The notes: generated from the sequence alone by a model not told the origin. Shown: positions 9,464-19,185, counted from the stretch's first letter. The stretch: DNA of 64,000 bases from Candidatus Eiseniibacteriota bacterium (GCA_043808325.1 JAZDEY010000044.1:89943-153942), one strand, 5' to 3'. Made by a program: numbers and translations.

Positions 9464-10537
9464 GTGCGGATCGCAGTGATAATGGCCGGCGGAAGTGGGC
9501 GGCGCTTTTGGCCGTTGAGCCGCGAGGCACGGCCGAAGCAGCTTTTACCTTTGATAGACGGCAAGTGCTTGCTCGAGCTTACTATCGAGCGGTTGCTTCC
9601 CATCTTTCGGCCCGAGAACATCTGGATTGTGACCCAGGCGAAGCAACTTGAGGCGACCGAACGTGTGGCCTCGGTTTATGGCAGGGTCCGTTTGCTGAGC
9701 GAACCCGTCGGCAAGAACACTGCTCCCTGCATGGCATACGCGGCGACTCTGGCAAGGGCGGGTCACGGTGACCCGGCGATGGTCTTCTTGCCCGCCGATC
9801 ACCTGATCAGCGACCATACGGGATTTCGAGCGGTCATCGCCGCGGGCCTAGACTTCGTCGAGCGCGAGGACAAGCTCTTGACGCTGGGTATCAAACCTCA
9901 GAGGCCGGCCACCGGCTTTGGGTATATACGATGTGGGAAGGAGGTATCCGATCATGGCCCCTTCTCCTTCTTCAAAGTCAGGAAATTCGCCGAGAAGCCG
10001 TCGCTGAGAGTCGCGCGCCGGTACCTTACTTCGGGAGACTACCTGTGGAATGCGGGGATTTTTCTCTTCAGAGCCTCGGTCGTCCTTAAAGAGATGGCAC
10101 GGCATCTCCCGGAGTTGATGATCGAGTTCGAACGGTTTGCGGCCTCCGTGGGCGGGCCCGAGGAGGACCGCCAGAAGATGCGGTGCTACGAGGCTGTCCG
10201 GGAGGCATCGATCGACTTCGGAGTGATGGAAAAGACCAGCAGAGCCTGTGTGGTCCCCGCCGACATAGATTGGGACGATCTTGGGACCTGGGATTCCTTC
10301 TCCAGGTACATGGAGAAGGACCGATCGGGCAATTCCATCCGCGGCAACCACGTCGGGGTTGACTCCAGGGGCTGTGTGGTATACTCGGACAAGAGGCTCG
10401 TTGCCACCATCGGACTTGAGGATGTTATAATCGTCGCTACTGATGATGCAATCCTCCTCGCCAGAAGAGATGAGGCGGAGAGGGTAAGGGAGCTGGTCGA
10501 TCTCATGGAAGAGAAGGGATTCGGTAACCTTCTTTAG
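9464..10537 (+). CDS. manC: mannose-1-phosphate guanylyltransferase
   Basis: The GTG at 9464 sits 6 nt after CCGGAGG; the track's TTG at 9428 overlaps the phosphomannomutase gene. The N-terminus AVIMAGGSGRRFWPLSREARPKQLLPL is the nucleotidyltransferase signature. Confidence 0.75.
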   Translation: MRIAVIMAGGSGRRFWPLSREARPKQLLPLIDGKCLLELTIERLLPIFRPENIWIVTQAKQLEATERVASVYGRVRLLSEPVGKNTAPCMAYAATLARAGHGDPAMVFLPADHLISDHTGFRAVIAAGLDFVEREDKLLTLGIKPQRPATGFGYIRCGKEVSDHGPFSFFKVRKFAEKPSLRVARRYLTSGDYLWNAGIFLFRASVVLKEMARHLPELMIEFERFAASVGGPEEDRQKMRCYEAVREASIDFGVMEKTSRACVVPADIDWDDLGTWDSFSRYMEKDRSGNSIRGNHVGVDSRGCVVYSDKRLVATIGLEDVIIVATDDAILLARRDEAERVRELVDLMEEKGFGNLL

Positions 10538-10665
10538 CTCCCCGGGATCCTGCTCACAATTGCTTAATTTTTGAAGCAAGGTCTAAACCGTGCGGGAAAT
10601 TCTGACGATAAGTTGTGTTGAATAGGTCCGGGAACGGGTTTGGATGATTGGGTGGGGTGGGGATC

Positions 10666-11073
10666 ATGAATAAGAGAGAGAGGTTTGCAGGTGCAATCCT
10701 GGTGATTACCTTGGCGGTCGGCATCCTTGTTAGTATGATCGACAAGCAGGGGGATCGGCGCGATCAGGCGGCTTGCCAAGTGGCTACGGCGGAAGGCGAC
10801 GCCCCTCGGGATACATCCGGAGCGTCGCCGGCGGCTGCCGGTGTGGAGCCGGCATCTGCCATGCCCGGGAATTATCGTAGGCTTGATCTCAACACGGCCA
10901 GTGCGGAAGAGCTCGAGCTCTTGCCGGGAATAGGCCCCAAGAAAGCTGAGGCGGTCCTCGCCTGGCGCGATACTAACGGACGGTTCAGTCGTGTGGAGGA
11001 TCTGCTTGAGATAAAGGGAATAGGGGAGCGTACCCTGGAGCGCCTGAGGCCCTATGTCTGTGTCGACCGGTGA
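10666..11073 (+). CDS. comEA: ComEA-family competence protein (helix-hairpin-helix DNA binding)
   Basis: N-terminal membrane anchor, a low-complexity linker, and a C-terminal LDLNTASAEELELLPGIGPKKAEAVLAWRDTNGRFSRVEDLLEIKGIG tandem HhH. Confidence 0.75.
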   Translation: MNKRERFAGAILVITLAVGILVSMIDKQGDRRDQAACQVATAEGDAPRDTSGASPAAAGVEPASAMPGNYRRLDLNTASAEELELLPGIGPKKAEAVLAWRDTNGRFSRVEDLLEIKGIGERTLERLRPYVCVDR

Positions 11074-11235
11074 CATTGCAATTTGCAATAGAGGTTGCTA
11101 ATTGCGAACCCAGGCACTAGAATAGGTTTCGAAAGCGGAGGTCGCGATTGTCAGCGGGTTTTGCTCGACTGGGGTGTTTTGCTCAATCGATGCGATTACT
11201 TGGCGGCAGACCCCGAGCCGAGAGGTTGCCGACGG

Positions 11236-11253
11236 CTGGTACGGGTGTTGCAG
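11236..11253 (+). promoter_or_regulatory. candidate sigma-54 (-24/-12) promoter upstream of pilB
   Basis: CTGGTACGGGTGTTGCA has GG-N10-GC spacing and matches TGGCAC-N5-TTGCA with one mismatch. It lies 68 nt upstream of the pilB ATG. Confidence 0.35.
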
Positions 11254-11320
11254 TATCGCCACTGGCGGGTCTTTGTGTAAGAAGCAAACTGCCGGGGCAG
11301 CTACAGGGGATCAGTGGATC

Positions 11321-13024
11321 ATGGTGACCAAGACCGATATTTCAGAGAAGCTGGTCAGTCTCGGTGTTCTGCGGCACGATGAGGTCGCAGCCATAACCAG
11401 GCAGGCCGAGACGGGCAGCATGTCCTTCCAGAAGGCCCTCGTTAAGATGGGCTATATGTCGGAGGAACGCCTCCTCGAGTTCTTGGTACACATATACGAC
11501 GTTGAGGCGGTCAACCCCCTCTCGATTGAGATACCGCACTCGGTGATCAAGCTGATTTCCCCCGAGATCGCGGCCAAATTCAAGGTCCTGCCAGTTGACA
11601 AACACGGCAGGGTGCTGTCGCTTGCGATGAGCGACCCGACCGACATGTTCGCCCTTAATGATCTGAAGTTCATCACCGGGCTTGAGATCAAGCCGATGAT
11701 TGCCACCGAGAGTGCTCTCGCGGCCGCCATCGAGAAAGAGTACAAGGCCCAGGACAACTTCGAGGAGATGATCAAGGGCCTCGGTGACCTGGGCGAAGGC
11801 GATTTGGAGGTACTGGAAGAGAAGGTGGAGGAGGATGAAGGGGCCGAGGAAGCCGAGCAGGCCCCGGTGATAAGGTTTGTGAACTCCATGATTGCCGACG
11901 CCGTCAGAAAGCAGGCCAGCGATATCCACATCGAGCCCTCCGAGAAGATATTCCGGGTGCGGTTCCGGATCGACGGTACGCTCCAGGAAGTGATCAAGCA
12001 GCCCGCCAGGACCAAGTCCGCGATCATATCGAGGCTTAAGATCATGGCCGAGATGGATATCTCCGAGAAGCGGATCCCTCAGGACGGCAGGATCAAAGCG
12101 AGGGTCGCTACCAAGACCGTTGACATCAGAGTTTCGAGCCTGCCGACCATATTCGGGGAGAAGATGGTCTTAAGAATCCTGGACAAAGGAAATCTCGCTC
12201 TGGACCTCGCCCGCTTCGGTTTTGAGGAGAACGCGCTCAAGAACTTCATAAAGGCAGTCGAAGCTCCATACGGGATGGTGCTGGTCACCGGTCCCACGGG
12301 AAGCGGCAAGACCACGACGCTCTATTCGGCGCTCAACAGGATCAACAAGCCGGAAGTCAATATCATGACCGCCGAGGATCCCGTGGAGTACAACATCGAA
12401 GGCATAAATCAGGTGCACGTGAACGAGGATATCGGGCTGACGTTCGCGAAGGTCTTGAGGGCTTTCTTGCGCCAAGATCCGAACATCATCATGGTCGGCG
12501 AGATCAGGGACTCGGACACCGCCTCGATAGCTACCAAGGCGGCCCTTACGGGCCACCTGGTGCTCTCTACGGTTCACACCAACGATGCTCCGAGCACCAT
12601 TGACAGGCTTGTGGACATGGGCGTGGAGCCCTTCCTGGTGGCCGCATCGGTCAACCTGATCCTTGCCCAGAGACTTGTCAGACGAATATGCAGCAAGTGC
12701 AAGATTGCAATTGAGGTTCACAGTGAAGCCCTGAGGGAACTGGGCATACCGCCCGCTGAGGCCCGGACCCTCAAGTTCTACAAGGGCCGTGGCTGTCCGA
12801 ACTGTAACAATACCGGCTACTCCGGGAGACTGGGCATTTTCGAAGTGATGCCCGTAAGCCCGGCCATAAGAAGAATGATTCTTGACAGGTCATCTTGTGA
12901 GAACATAAAGAGACAAGCGATGAGCGAAGGCATGTTGACGCTGAGGCAGGACGCGCTGCTCAAGCTGAGGGCAGGCAGCACAACTGTCGAAGAAGTCCTG
13001 AGAGAAACTGCAGGGGATGACTGA
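11321..13024 (+). CDS. pilB: type IV pilus assembly ATPase PilB
   Basis: GspE/PilB family with Walker A GPTGSGKTT, Asp and His boxes, and a tetracysteine motif CSKC...CPNC. Followed by pilT and pilC. The ATG at 11321 is used rather than the track's 11174, which adds a non-homologous leader. Confidence 0.9.
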   Translation: MVTKTDISEKLVSLGVLRHDEVAAITRQAETGSMSFQKALVKMGYMSEERLLEFLVHIYDVEAVNPLSIEIPHSVIKLISPEIAAKFKVLPVDKHGRVLSLAMSDPTDMFALNDLKFITGLEIKPMIATESALAAAIEKEYKAQDNFEEMIKGLGDLGEGDLEVLEEKVEEDEGAEEAEQAPVIRFVNSMIADAVRKQASDIHIEPSEKIFRVRFRIDGTLQEVIKQPARTKSAIISRLKIMAEMDISEKRIPQDGRIKARVATKTVDIRVSSLPTIFGEKMVLRILDKGNLALDLARFGFEENALKNFIKAVEAPYGMVLVTGPTGSGKTTTLYSALNRINKPEVNIMTAEDPVEYNIEGINQVHVNEDIGLTFAKVLRAFLRQDPNIIMVGEIRDSDTASIATKAALTGHLVLSTVHTNDAPSTIDRLVDMGVEPFLVAASVNLILAQRLVRRICSKCKIAIEVHSEALRELGIPPAEARTLKFYKGRGCPNCNNTGYSGRLGIFEVMPVSPAIRRMILDRSSCENIKRQAMSEGMLTLRQDALLKLRAGSTTVEEVLRETAGDD

Positions 13025-13046
13025 TCTCAGTCGGAGGGAGTCGACA

Positions 13047-14153
13047 ATGGTCTCATTGAGAGAGCTGCTGGACGAAATCGTTAGGCTAAAAGCATCTGAC
13101 CTGCACATTACGGCGGGTCTACCGGCGCAGTTCAGGATCGACGGTGAAATCGTCTCGTCCAAGTCCGAGGTGCTTGCCCCCGATATCACCAAGCAGCTGG
13201 CGTACAGCATCTTGAACGAGGATCAGCGGAAGAGGTTTGAAATTGACAAGGAGCTGGATTTCTCTTTCGGCATCAAGGGTCTGAGCCGCTTCAGGGCAAA
13301 CGTCTACCTCCAGCGGGGAGTCGTGACGATGGCCATACGGCAGATTCCCTTCGAGATAATGGGATTCGATGATCTCGGGCTCCCGCCGGTCGTGAAGGAC
13401 TTCGCGGCCAAACAGAAAGGTTTGATCCTGGTCACCGGCCCCACGGGCTGCGGCAAGTCCACCACTCTTGCCTCGATCATAAGCAAAATAAACGAGGAAC
13501 GCAGCTGTAACATCATCACCATCGAAGATCCTATCGAGTACATGCACCATCACAAGCGTTCCATCGTGAACCAGCGGGAGGTGCGTGCCGACACGCATTC
13601 CTTCTGCGACGCGTTGAAGCACATCTTGAGACAGGATCCCGACGTAATCCTGATAGGTGAAATGAGAGATCTTGAAACCATAGCGGCGGCTCTTACCATA
13701 GCCGAGACGGGCCACCTGACGCTGGCCACTCTGCACACCAACTCCACCTATGAGTCGATAAATCGAGTGGTGGACGTCTTTCCGGAACACCAGCAGAGTC
13801 AGGTGTTGGCTCAGCTTGCGTTCACTCTTGAAGGTGTGATAACCCAGCAGCTTCTGCCCAAGCTGGGCGGGGCGGGACGAGTTCTGGCGGCGGAGGTGCT
13901 GGTATGCACGCCGGCGATCAAGGCGCTGATCAGAGAAAAGAAGGTGCACCAGATATACTCCCTGATGCAGGCAGGGCAGAAGTTCGGGATGCAGACCATG
14001 AACCAGTCGCTTTACAGGCTCTACACCACCAGGCAGATCTCCCTGGAAGAGGCGATGGGTAGGACTTCCGATCTTACCGAGTTCGAGACTATGCTGGCTC
14101 GGGGAAGATCTCTAAGCGGTACCGGGGAGAAAGAAAGGTCCTTCAGTAGATAA
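13047..14153 (+). CDS. pilT: twitching-motility retraction ATPase PilT
   Basis: N-terminus LHITAGLPAQFRIDGEI, Walker A GPTGCGKSTT, and about 370 aa, which is typical PilT length and sequence. The RBS GGAGGGAG precedes the ATG at 13047. Confidence 0.9.
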   Translation: MVSLRELLDEIVRLKASDLHITAGLPAQFRIDGEIVSSKSEVLAPDITKQLAYSILNEDQRKRFEIDKELDFSFGIKGLSRFRANVYLQRGVVTMAIRQIPFEIMGFDDLGLPPVVKDFAAKQKGLILVTGPTGCGKSTTLASIISKINEERSCNIITIEDPIEYMHHHKRSIVNQREVRADTHSFCDALKHILRQDPDVILIGEMRDLETIAAALTIAETGHLTLATLHTNSTYESINRVVDVFPEHQQSQVLAQLAFTLEGVITQQLLPKLGGAGRVLAAEVLVCTPAIKALIREKKVHQIYSLMQAGQKFGMQTMNQSLYRLYTTRQISLEEAMGRTSDLTEFETMLARGRSLSGTGEKERSFSR

Positions 14154-14165
14154 GGGGGCGGTGCT

Positions 14166-15380
14166 TTGGCTACCACATATCTCTGGAAAGGCAAAACGGC
14201 AGCCGGTGAGGTAATCGCCGGCGAGATGCTCGCGAAATCTAAAAATGAGCTTATGCTCAACCTCAGGAAGCGGCGAGTCACTCTGACTTCTGCAAAGGAG
14301 AAGTCCAGAGGGCTGTCCCTGCCCTTTGGGGTCATGAGGGGAGTCAGCACAAAGGATCTTGCCGTGTTCACCAGGCAGTTCTCGACCATGATCAATTCGG
14401 GCCTTCCCCTGGTCCAGTGCCTTGATATTCTTGCCAGGCAATCCGAGAAGGAGCACTTCCGCAAGATCATCTCCTCCACGATGAGGGACGTCGAATCGGG
14501 TGCCACGCTTGCGGATGCCCTTTCCAAGCATCCCAATGTCTATAGCGAGCTCTATGTCAATATGGTCGAAGCAGGCGAGACCGGTGGAGTGCTTGACGTG
14601 ATCTTGGCCAGGCTTGCCACTTATCTGGAGAAGATGGACAGCCTCAAACGCAAGGTTCGAGGCGCAATGACCTACCCTGCCGTGGTCTGCTTCGTGACGA
14701 TCGCCGCCACGGTATTCATGCTGGTATTCATCATTCCGACCTTCGCCAAGCTCTATTCGGACTTCGGGGGCGAGCTTCCCGGTCCGACCCGAGTGGTGAT
14801 GGCGATCAGCAGCTTCCTGAGGACCAAGTGGTGGCTCCTGGTCGGGATCATCCTGGCTTTGGTCTTCGGGATACGCCGGTACTACAGGAGCAAGGCGGGG
14901 CGGGCCAAGATCGACAGGTTGGCGCTTAGCGTTCCGGTTTTTGGGTCGGTGCTTCTCAAGGCGTCGATTGCAAGATTCACCAGAACCCTCGGTACCCTGG
15001 TGTCCAGCGGTGTGCCCATACTTGAAGGGCTTGAGATCACGGCCAAGGCAGCCGGTAACAGCGTGGTCAGAGAGGCCGTGATGAAAACCCGGGCGAGCAT
15101 CTCGAGCGGTCAGACCATTGCGGAGCCGCTCAAGCAGTCCGGGATTTTTCCCCCGATGGTGGTGCAGATGATCTCGGTCGGTGAGGAGACCGGTGCCCTT
15201 GACGAGATGCTTTCCAAGATAGCGGATTTCTATGATGAAGAGGTCGACACCGCAGTTGAGGCGATGACCTCGGTGATAGAGCCGATCATGATCGTGATGA
15301 TGGGAGGTGTGGTGGGAGGCATGGTGGTGGCTATGTATCTGCCGATCTTCAAGCTGGTCACGGTAATAGTGGGGAAATAG
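14166..15380 (+). CDS. pilC: type IV pilus inner-membrane platform protein PilC
   Basis: GspF/PilC family: two repeated cytoplasmic domains and three membrane helices, about 400 aa. Confidence 0.85.
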   Translation: MATTYLWKGKTAAGEVIAGEMLAKSKNELMLNLRKRRVTLTSAKEKSRGLSLPFGVMRGVSTKDLAVFTRQFSTMINSGLPLVQCLDILARQSEKEHFRKIISSTMRDVESGATLADALSKHPNVYSELYVNMVEAGETGGVLDVILARLATYLEKMDSLKRKVRGAMTYPAVVCFVTIAATVFMLVFIIPTFAKLYSDFGGELPGPTRVVMAISSFLRTKWWLLVGIILALVFGIRRYYRSKAGRAKIDRLALSVPVFGSVLLKASIARFTRTLGTLVSSGVPILEGLEITAKAAGNSVVREAVMKTRASISSGQTIAEPLKQSGIFPPMVVQMISVGEETGALDEMLSKIADFYDEEVDTAVEAMTSVIEPIMIVMMGGVVGGMVVAMYLPIFKLVTVIVGK

Positions 15381-15384
15381 ACCT

Positions 15385-17109
15385 GTGGCTCACAAGATCG
15401 AAGACAGGGATCTCGAGAAACTATGCCTGATGATGATCGTGGTCCGGATCATCTGCGTGGGCGCGGCCCTGTCCCTGATCGCTTTCCTTGCCGGTACGGG
15501 TCTTGAGACGCGGAATGCCCTGCTGGTTGCGGGGCTTCTTTTCGTTGTCTTCCCGGTCAGCGTGATCTGGTGGCTGGTCTTCAGGTCAGGTCGTGCCCGG
15601 AAGCCGCTGGTGTATGCTCAGCTTGCCGGAGACGTCGTTCTGGCAAGCGGCATCGTTTTCTATACCGGAGGGGCGCAGAGCCATTTCACCCTGCTCTATT
15701 TCATTACGATTCTACTGGCGAGCATATTCCTTTCGATGCGCGGGGCTCTCTTGACGGCGACGCTCTCCAGTGTGCTCTATGCGACCGCATCTCTGGTGGA
15801 ACACGCGAGGTACCAGGGCACCACGCCGGCCTCGACCGATGTCGCCTCCACATATACCATACTCAACGTGGGTCTGCAGATCGCCTTCTTCTATTCAGTG
15901 GCGGTCTTGAGCGGCTACCTGTCCCAGAGGATGGGCATATTCGGTGCACGGCTCAAGTCGACTACCCGGGAACTCCAGAAGATCAGGATGGATACCCATT
16001 CCATAACCGAGAGCATGTCCAGCGGGTTCGTAGTGGTCGACTCCGATTTCACAGTGACTGAGTTCAACAGGTCGGCGTCCCGGATGCTGGGAGTCCGGGT
16101 GGCCGATGCGATAGGCCGCCGGGCCTCTGAAGTGATTGAACCTATCTCCTCGGAGCTCCACGAGAAGGTGGTCGGTGCGCTCACCGACGGCAGGGAAGAG
16201 GAAAGGGCCGAGGTCAACGCGGTCACCGGCGACGGCCGGGAGCTTCCTCTGGGAGTGAGCGTTTCTCTTCTCAGGGATGATGGAGCCACCCGGGGTGTGG
16301 TGCTGATCTTCCAGGATCTGACCGACGTCAAGATGATGACAGAGAGGATGCGGCTGGCGGACCGGCTTGCGGTCCTCGGGGAGCTCTCAGCCGGGATCGC
16401 TCACGAGATAAGAACGCCTCTTGCCTCGATTTCGGGATCGATTGAGATGCTTAAGGACTCGCTCGACATCAAGGGCGAGAACAGGCAGCTTCTCGATCTG
16501 GTGGTCAAGGAATCCGATAGACTCAAGAACATAATCGATCACTTCCTCGAGTTCGCTCGATCCAGACCTCAGCGGCTGCGCGGAGCGGATCTTACTGAGG
16601 TTCTCGCGGAGGTGGTTCATCTGGTGAAGAACCACCCTTCGTTCAATGACCGGGTGAAGGTGGAGGTGAAGGCGCCGTCTATTGTGAGGGCGCGGGTTGA
16701 CGACGAGACGATCAGACAAGTCTTCTACAATCTTGCTCTGAATGCGGTTGAGGCTTTGCATTCTGGCGGAATATTAGAGATAAAGCTCACGACCTGCTGT
16801 GCCGAAGAAGGCACAAGATATGCGGCAGTCACCTTTGAGGACAACGGTGTGGGGATCGACCAGAGAGACCTTAAGCAGGTTTTCCAACCGTTCTTCACAC
16901 GCAAGAAGATGGGCACAGGGCTGGGACTGGCGATCGCGGCCAAGATCGTCGAGGAACACCACGGCAAGATTGAGATCAAGAGCACCAAGGGGTTGGGCAC
17001 CGCCGTGACGGTGTACCTGCCTTTGGATAGATCGGACAGCAGCAATACCTACAGCGGAATGGCTTCGCATGTCCTCGTCGATGCGGCAACAAAGGGCGGA
17101 GTGATCTGA
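15385..17109 (+). CDS. pilS: sensor histidine kinase PilS-like
   Basis: An N-terminal block of several membrane helices, a PAS-like segment, the H-box LSAGIAHEIRTPL, and HATPase_c motifs (G1/G2 boxes). Confidence 0.75.
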   Translation: MAHKIEDRDLEKLCLMMIVVRIICVGAALSLIAFLAGTGLETRNALLVAGLLFVVFPVSVIWWLVFRSGRARKPLVYAQLAGDVVLASGIVFYTGGAQSHFTLLYFITILLASIFLSMRGALLTATLSSVLYATASLVEHARYQGTTPASTDVASTYTILNVGLQIAFFYSVAVLSGYLSQRMGIFGARLKSTTRELQKIRMDTHSITESMSSGFVVVDSDFTVTEFNRSASRMLGVRVADAIGRRASEVIEPISSELHEKVVGALTDGREEERAEVNAVTGDGRELPLGVSVSLLRDDGATRGVVLIFQDLTDVKMMTERMRLADRLAVLGELSAGIAHEIRTPLASISGSIEMLKDSLDIKGENRQLLDLVVKESDRLKNIIDHFLEFARSRPQRLRGADLTEVLAEVVHLVKNHPSFNDRVKVEVKAPSIVRARVDDETIRQVFYNLALNAVEALHSGGILEIKLTTCCAEEGTRYAAVTFEDNGVGIDQRDLKQVFQPFFTRKKMGTGLGLAIAAKIVEEHHGKIEIKSTKGLGTAVTVYLPLDRSDSSNTYSGMASHVLVDAATKGGVI

Positions 17110-17110
17110 C

Positions 17111-18526
17111 ATGTCAGGAGAGCGAATACTTGTTGTAGAAGATGAAGAGGGAATGAGGGAGTTCCTGAAGATCCTCCTTGCCAAGGAAGGTTATGAGGTG
17201 GTGGCCTTCGAAGAAGGCACAAGCGCACTCGAACGTTTCAAGGATGAGAGTTTCCATCTTGTGATCACCGACATAAAGATGCCGGGACTAAGCGGCATTG
17301 AATTGCTGGCCCGCGTTAAGGAGATCGACCCATCGGTCCCGGTGATACTCATGACCGGCCACGGCTCCATGGAGACCGCGATCGAAGCAGTCAACAACGA
17401 TGCCTTTGCGTACCTTCTCAAGCAGGCCAGGAATGATGAGATCAAGCAGCTGGTGAAGAAGGCCGTCGAGATGAGGATGCTTCAGAAAGAGAACAGGCTT
17501 CTGAAGCAGCAGCTGAAGAAGAACCTCGCGGAGAGGCCGACCATCGGCAAGAGCCAGAAGATCCGCCAGGTGTTCGCGCTGGTCGATAAGGTCGCGGAGA
17601 CCGATTCCACGATCTTGATTAGCGGCGAGAGCGGAACGGGCAAGGAGCTCGTGGCAAGGGAGATCCACATTAAGAGCGGCCGTTCTGAGGGGCCCTTCGT
17701 TTCAATAAACTGTGGAGCTCTCCCCGAGACGCTCCTGGAGAGCGAGCTTTTCGGCCACGTTCGAGGCTCCTTTACCGGCGCCATCAGGGACAAGGACGGG
17801 CTTTTTGCGGTCGCGAAGGGCGGCACCTTCTTCCTTGACGAAGTGGGGGAGACCTCACCCACTATTCAGGTCAAGCTCCTGAGAGTGCTGCAGGAGCGGG
17901 AGATCATTCCCGTCGGCGGAGTCAAGCCGATCAAAGTCGACGTGAGACTGATCGCCGCCACCAATGCAGATCTCGAGCGGGACGTCGAGACCGGCAAGTT
18001 CAGGCCCGATCTCTATTACAGGCTCAACGTTATCCCAGTTGTGATGCCGCCTTTGAGGGAGCGCAAGGACGATATCCCCCTCCTGGTGGAGCACTTTCTT
18101 AAAATCTACTGTGAAAGTGCCGGCCGGCCCATGAAGACGGTATCACCCGATGCCTTTGACATTCTGATGAGGCACGATTGGCCGGGCAACGTCAGGGAGC
18201 TTGAAAACGCTGTCGAGCGGGCGGTGATCCTTCAGGAGGACCGCGTGATAATGCCTGATGATCTTCCCGAGAAGCTGCGCTCCAGGGGCAGGGGCAAGCC
18301 GGAATCGGTGGTCTCGGTAACCAATCTGACGTTGGACCAGCTTGAGAAGGAATACCTCATCAAGGTGCTGGAGGAGACGGGTTGGCATAAGAAGCGCGCG
18401 GCGTCGATTCTAGGCATAAATGCATCGACCTTATACCGTAAGCTCCAGCGCTATGGTTTTGAGAAGGTGATCGGCCAGATGAGACCGGCGGAGGAGCTGG
18501 TGGGAAGTGCAAAAGACAATCTTTGA
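17111..18526 (+). CDS. pilR: sigma-54-dependent response regulator PilR (NtrC family)
   Basis: Receiver domain with D54, an AAA+ sigma-54 activation domain (GESGTGKELVAREIH, the GAFTGA-like SFTGA motif), and a C-terminal Fis-type HTH. Confidence 0.85.
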   Translation: MSGERILVVEDEEGMREFLKILLAKEGYEVVAFEEGTSALERFKDESFHLVITDIKMPGLSGIELLARVKEIDPSVPVILMTGHGSMETAIEAVNNDAFAYLLKQARNDEIKQLVKKAVEMRMLQKENRLLKQQLKKNLAERPTIGKSQKIRQVFALVDKVAETDSTILISGESGTGKELVAREIHIKSGRSEGPFVSINCGALPETLLESELFGHVRGSFTGAIRDKDGLFAVAKGGTFFLDEVGETSPTIQVKLLRVLQEREIIPVGGVKPIKVDVRLIAATNADLERDVETGKFRPDLYYRLNVIPVVMPPLRERKDDIPLLVEHFLKIYCESAGRPMKTVSPDAFDILMRHDWPGNVRELENAVERAVILQEDRVIMPDDLPEKLRSRGRGKPESVVSVTNLTLDQLEKEYLIKVLEETGWHKKRAASILGINASTLYRKLQRYGFEKVIGQMRPAEELVGSAKDNL

Positions 18527-18634
18527 GCTTGCAAACCGCATTGGAGATATGATAGTATATTTTACATCAGAGGCGCGGGGTGTGTAGATGATTCCGAGTA
18601 CGCACGATAGGGCACGGCTATCCCCGGGAACAAG

Positions 18635-18650
18635 TGGTATGAACCTTGCT
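18635..18650 (+). promoter_or_regulatory. sigma-54 (-24/-12) promoter for pilA
   Basis: TGGTATGAACCTTGCT has GG-N10-GC geometry and lies about 85 nt upstream of the pilA ATG, directly downstream of pilSR. The SD GAGGAGGTG is at 18716-18724. Confidence 0.55.
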
Positions 18651-18732
18651 TGTATTGGGAGACAGAGATCAGTCCAGTCAACAATGGCATATAGGGAATT
18701 CAAGTCTAGAACCTGAGAGGAGGTGAAACAAC

Positions 18733-19185
18733 ATGTTTAATCAGAAGGGTTTTACCCTGATCGAGCTTATGATCGTGGTTGTGATCATTGGCATTCTGGC
18801 TGCTATCGCCATTCCTAACTTCATCAGCATGCAGGACAGGGCGAAGGAAGCCAGCGTGAAGGGCAATATGCACACTGTCCAGCTCGCGTTCGAGGATTAT
18901 GCTGTTCAGAGTGACGGGACATACCCGGTCGACGATGCCACTGCAGCATTCGCTGGTGGGCCGTCGATCAAGCAACTGTGCCCTGACACCGACAACCTTC
19001 CGGCGGATGAAGGTGAATGGCCGAACAATCCGTTCAGGGGTGACGAGAGTACTTTCAATTGGGGAAGCGATCCCGCCACTACGGGTGACCTCGGAGCTAA
19101 TCCTTCGCTGACTACTAACTATGCCATCAAGGGCTGTGGGAAGGACGACCTTGTTCTCCCGCTCGTGCTGACCACGGGTATGTAG
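18733..19185 (+). CDS. pilA: type IVa major pilin (prepilin with N-terminal methylation motif)
   Basis: MFNQKGFTLIELMIVVVIIGILAAIAIP is the class III signal peptide with cleavage motif G|FTLIE. Mature pilin is about 140 aa with two Cys near the C-terminus. Confidence 0.85.
   Translation: MFNQKGFTLIELMIVVVIIGILAAIAIPNFISMQDRAKEASVKGNMHTVQLAFEDYAVQSDGTYPVDDATAAFAGGPSIKQLCPDTDNLPADEGEWPNNPFRGDESTFNWGSDPATTGDLGANPSLTTNYAIKGCGKDDLVLPLVLTTGM

Noticed and set aside
10564-11088. Long minus-strand ORFs overlapping comEA and many other plus-strand genes (for example 19596-20513, 25045-26073, 56939-58129, 60293-61618).
   Set aside because: They are antisense to genes with strong homology-like signatures. 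At about 60% GC, stop-free antisense frames are expected, and these lack recognisable motifs.
11174-11320. The extended N-terminus of pilB proposed by the ORF track.
   Set aside because: The extra 49 residues (MFCSIDAITWRQTPSREVADGWYG...) have no PilB similarity and would cover the putative sigma-54 promoter. The ATG at 11321 gives a canonical PilB N-terminus.
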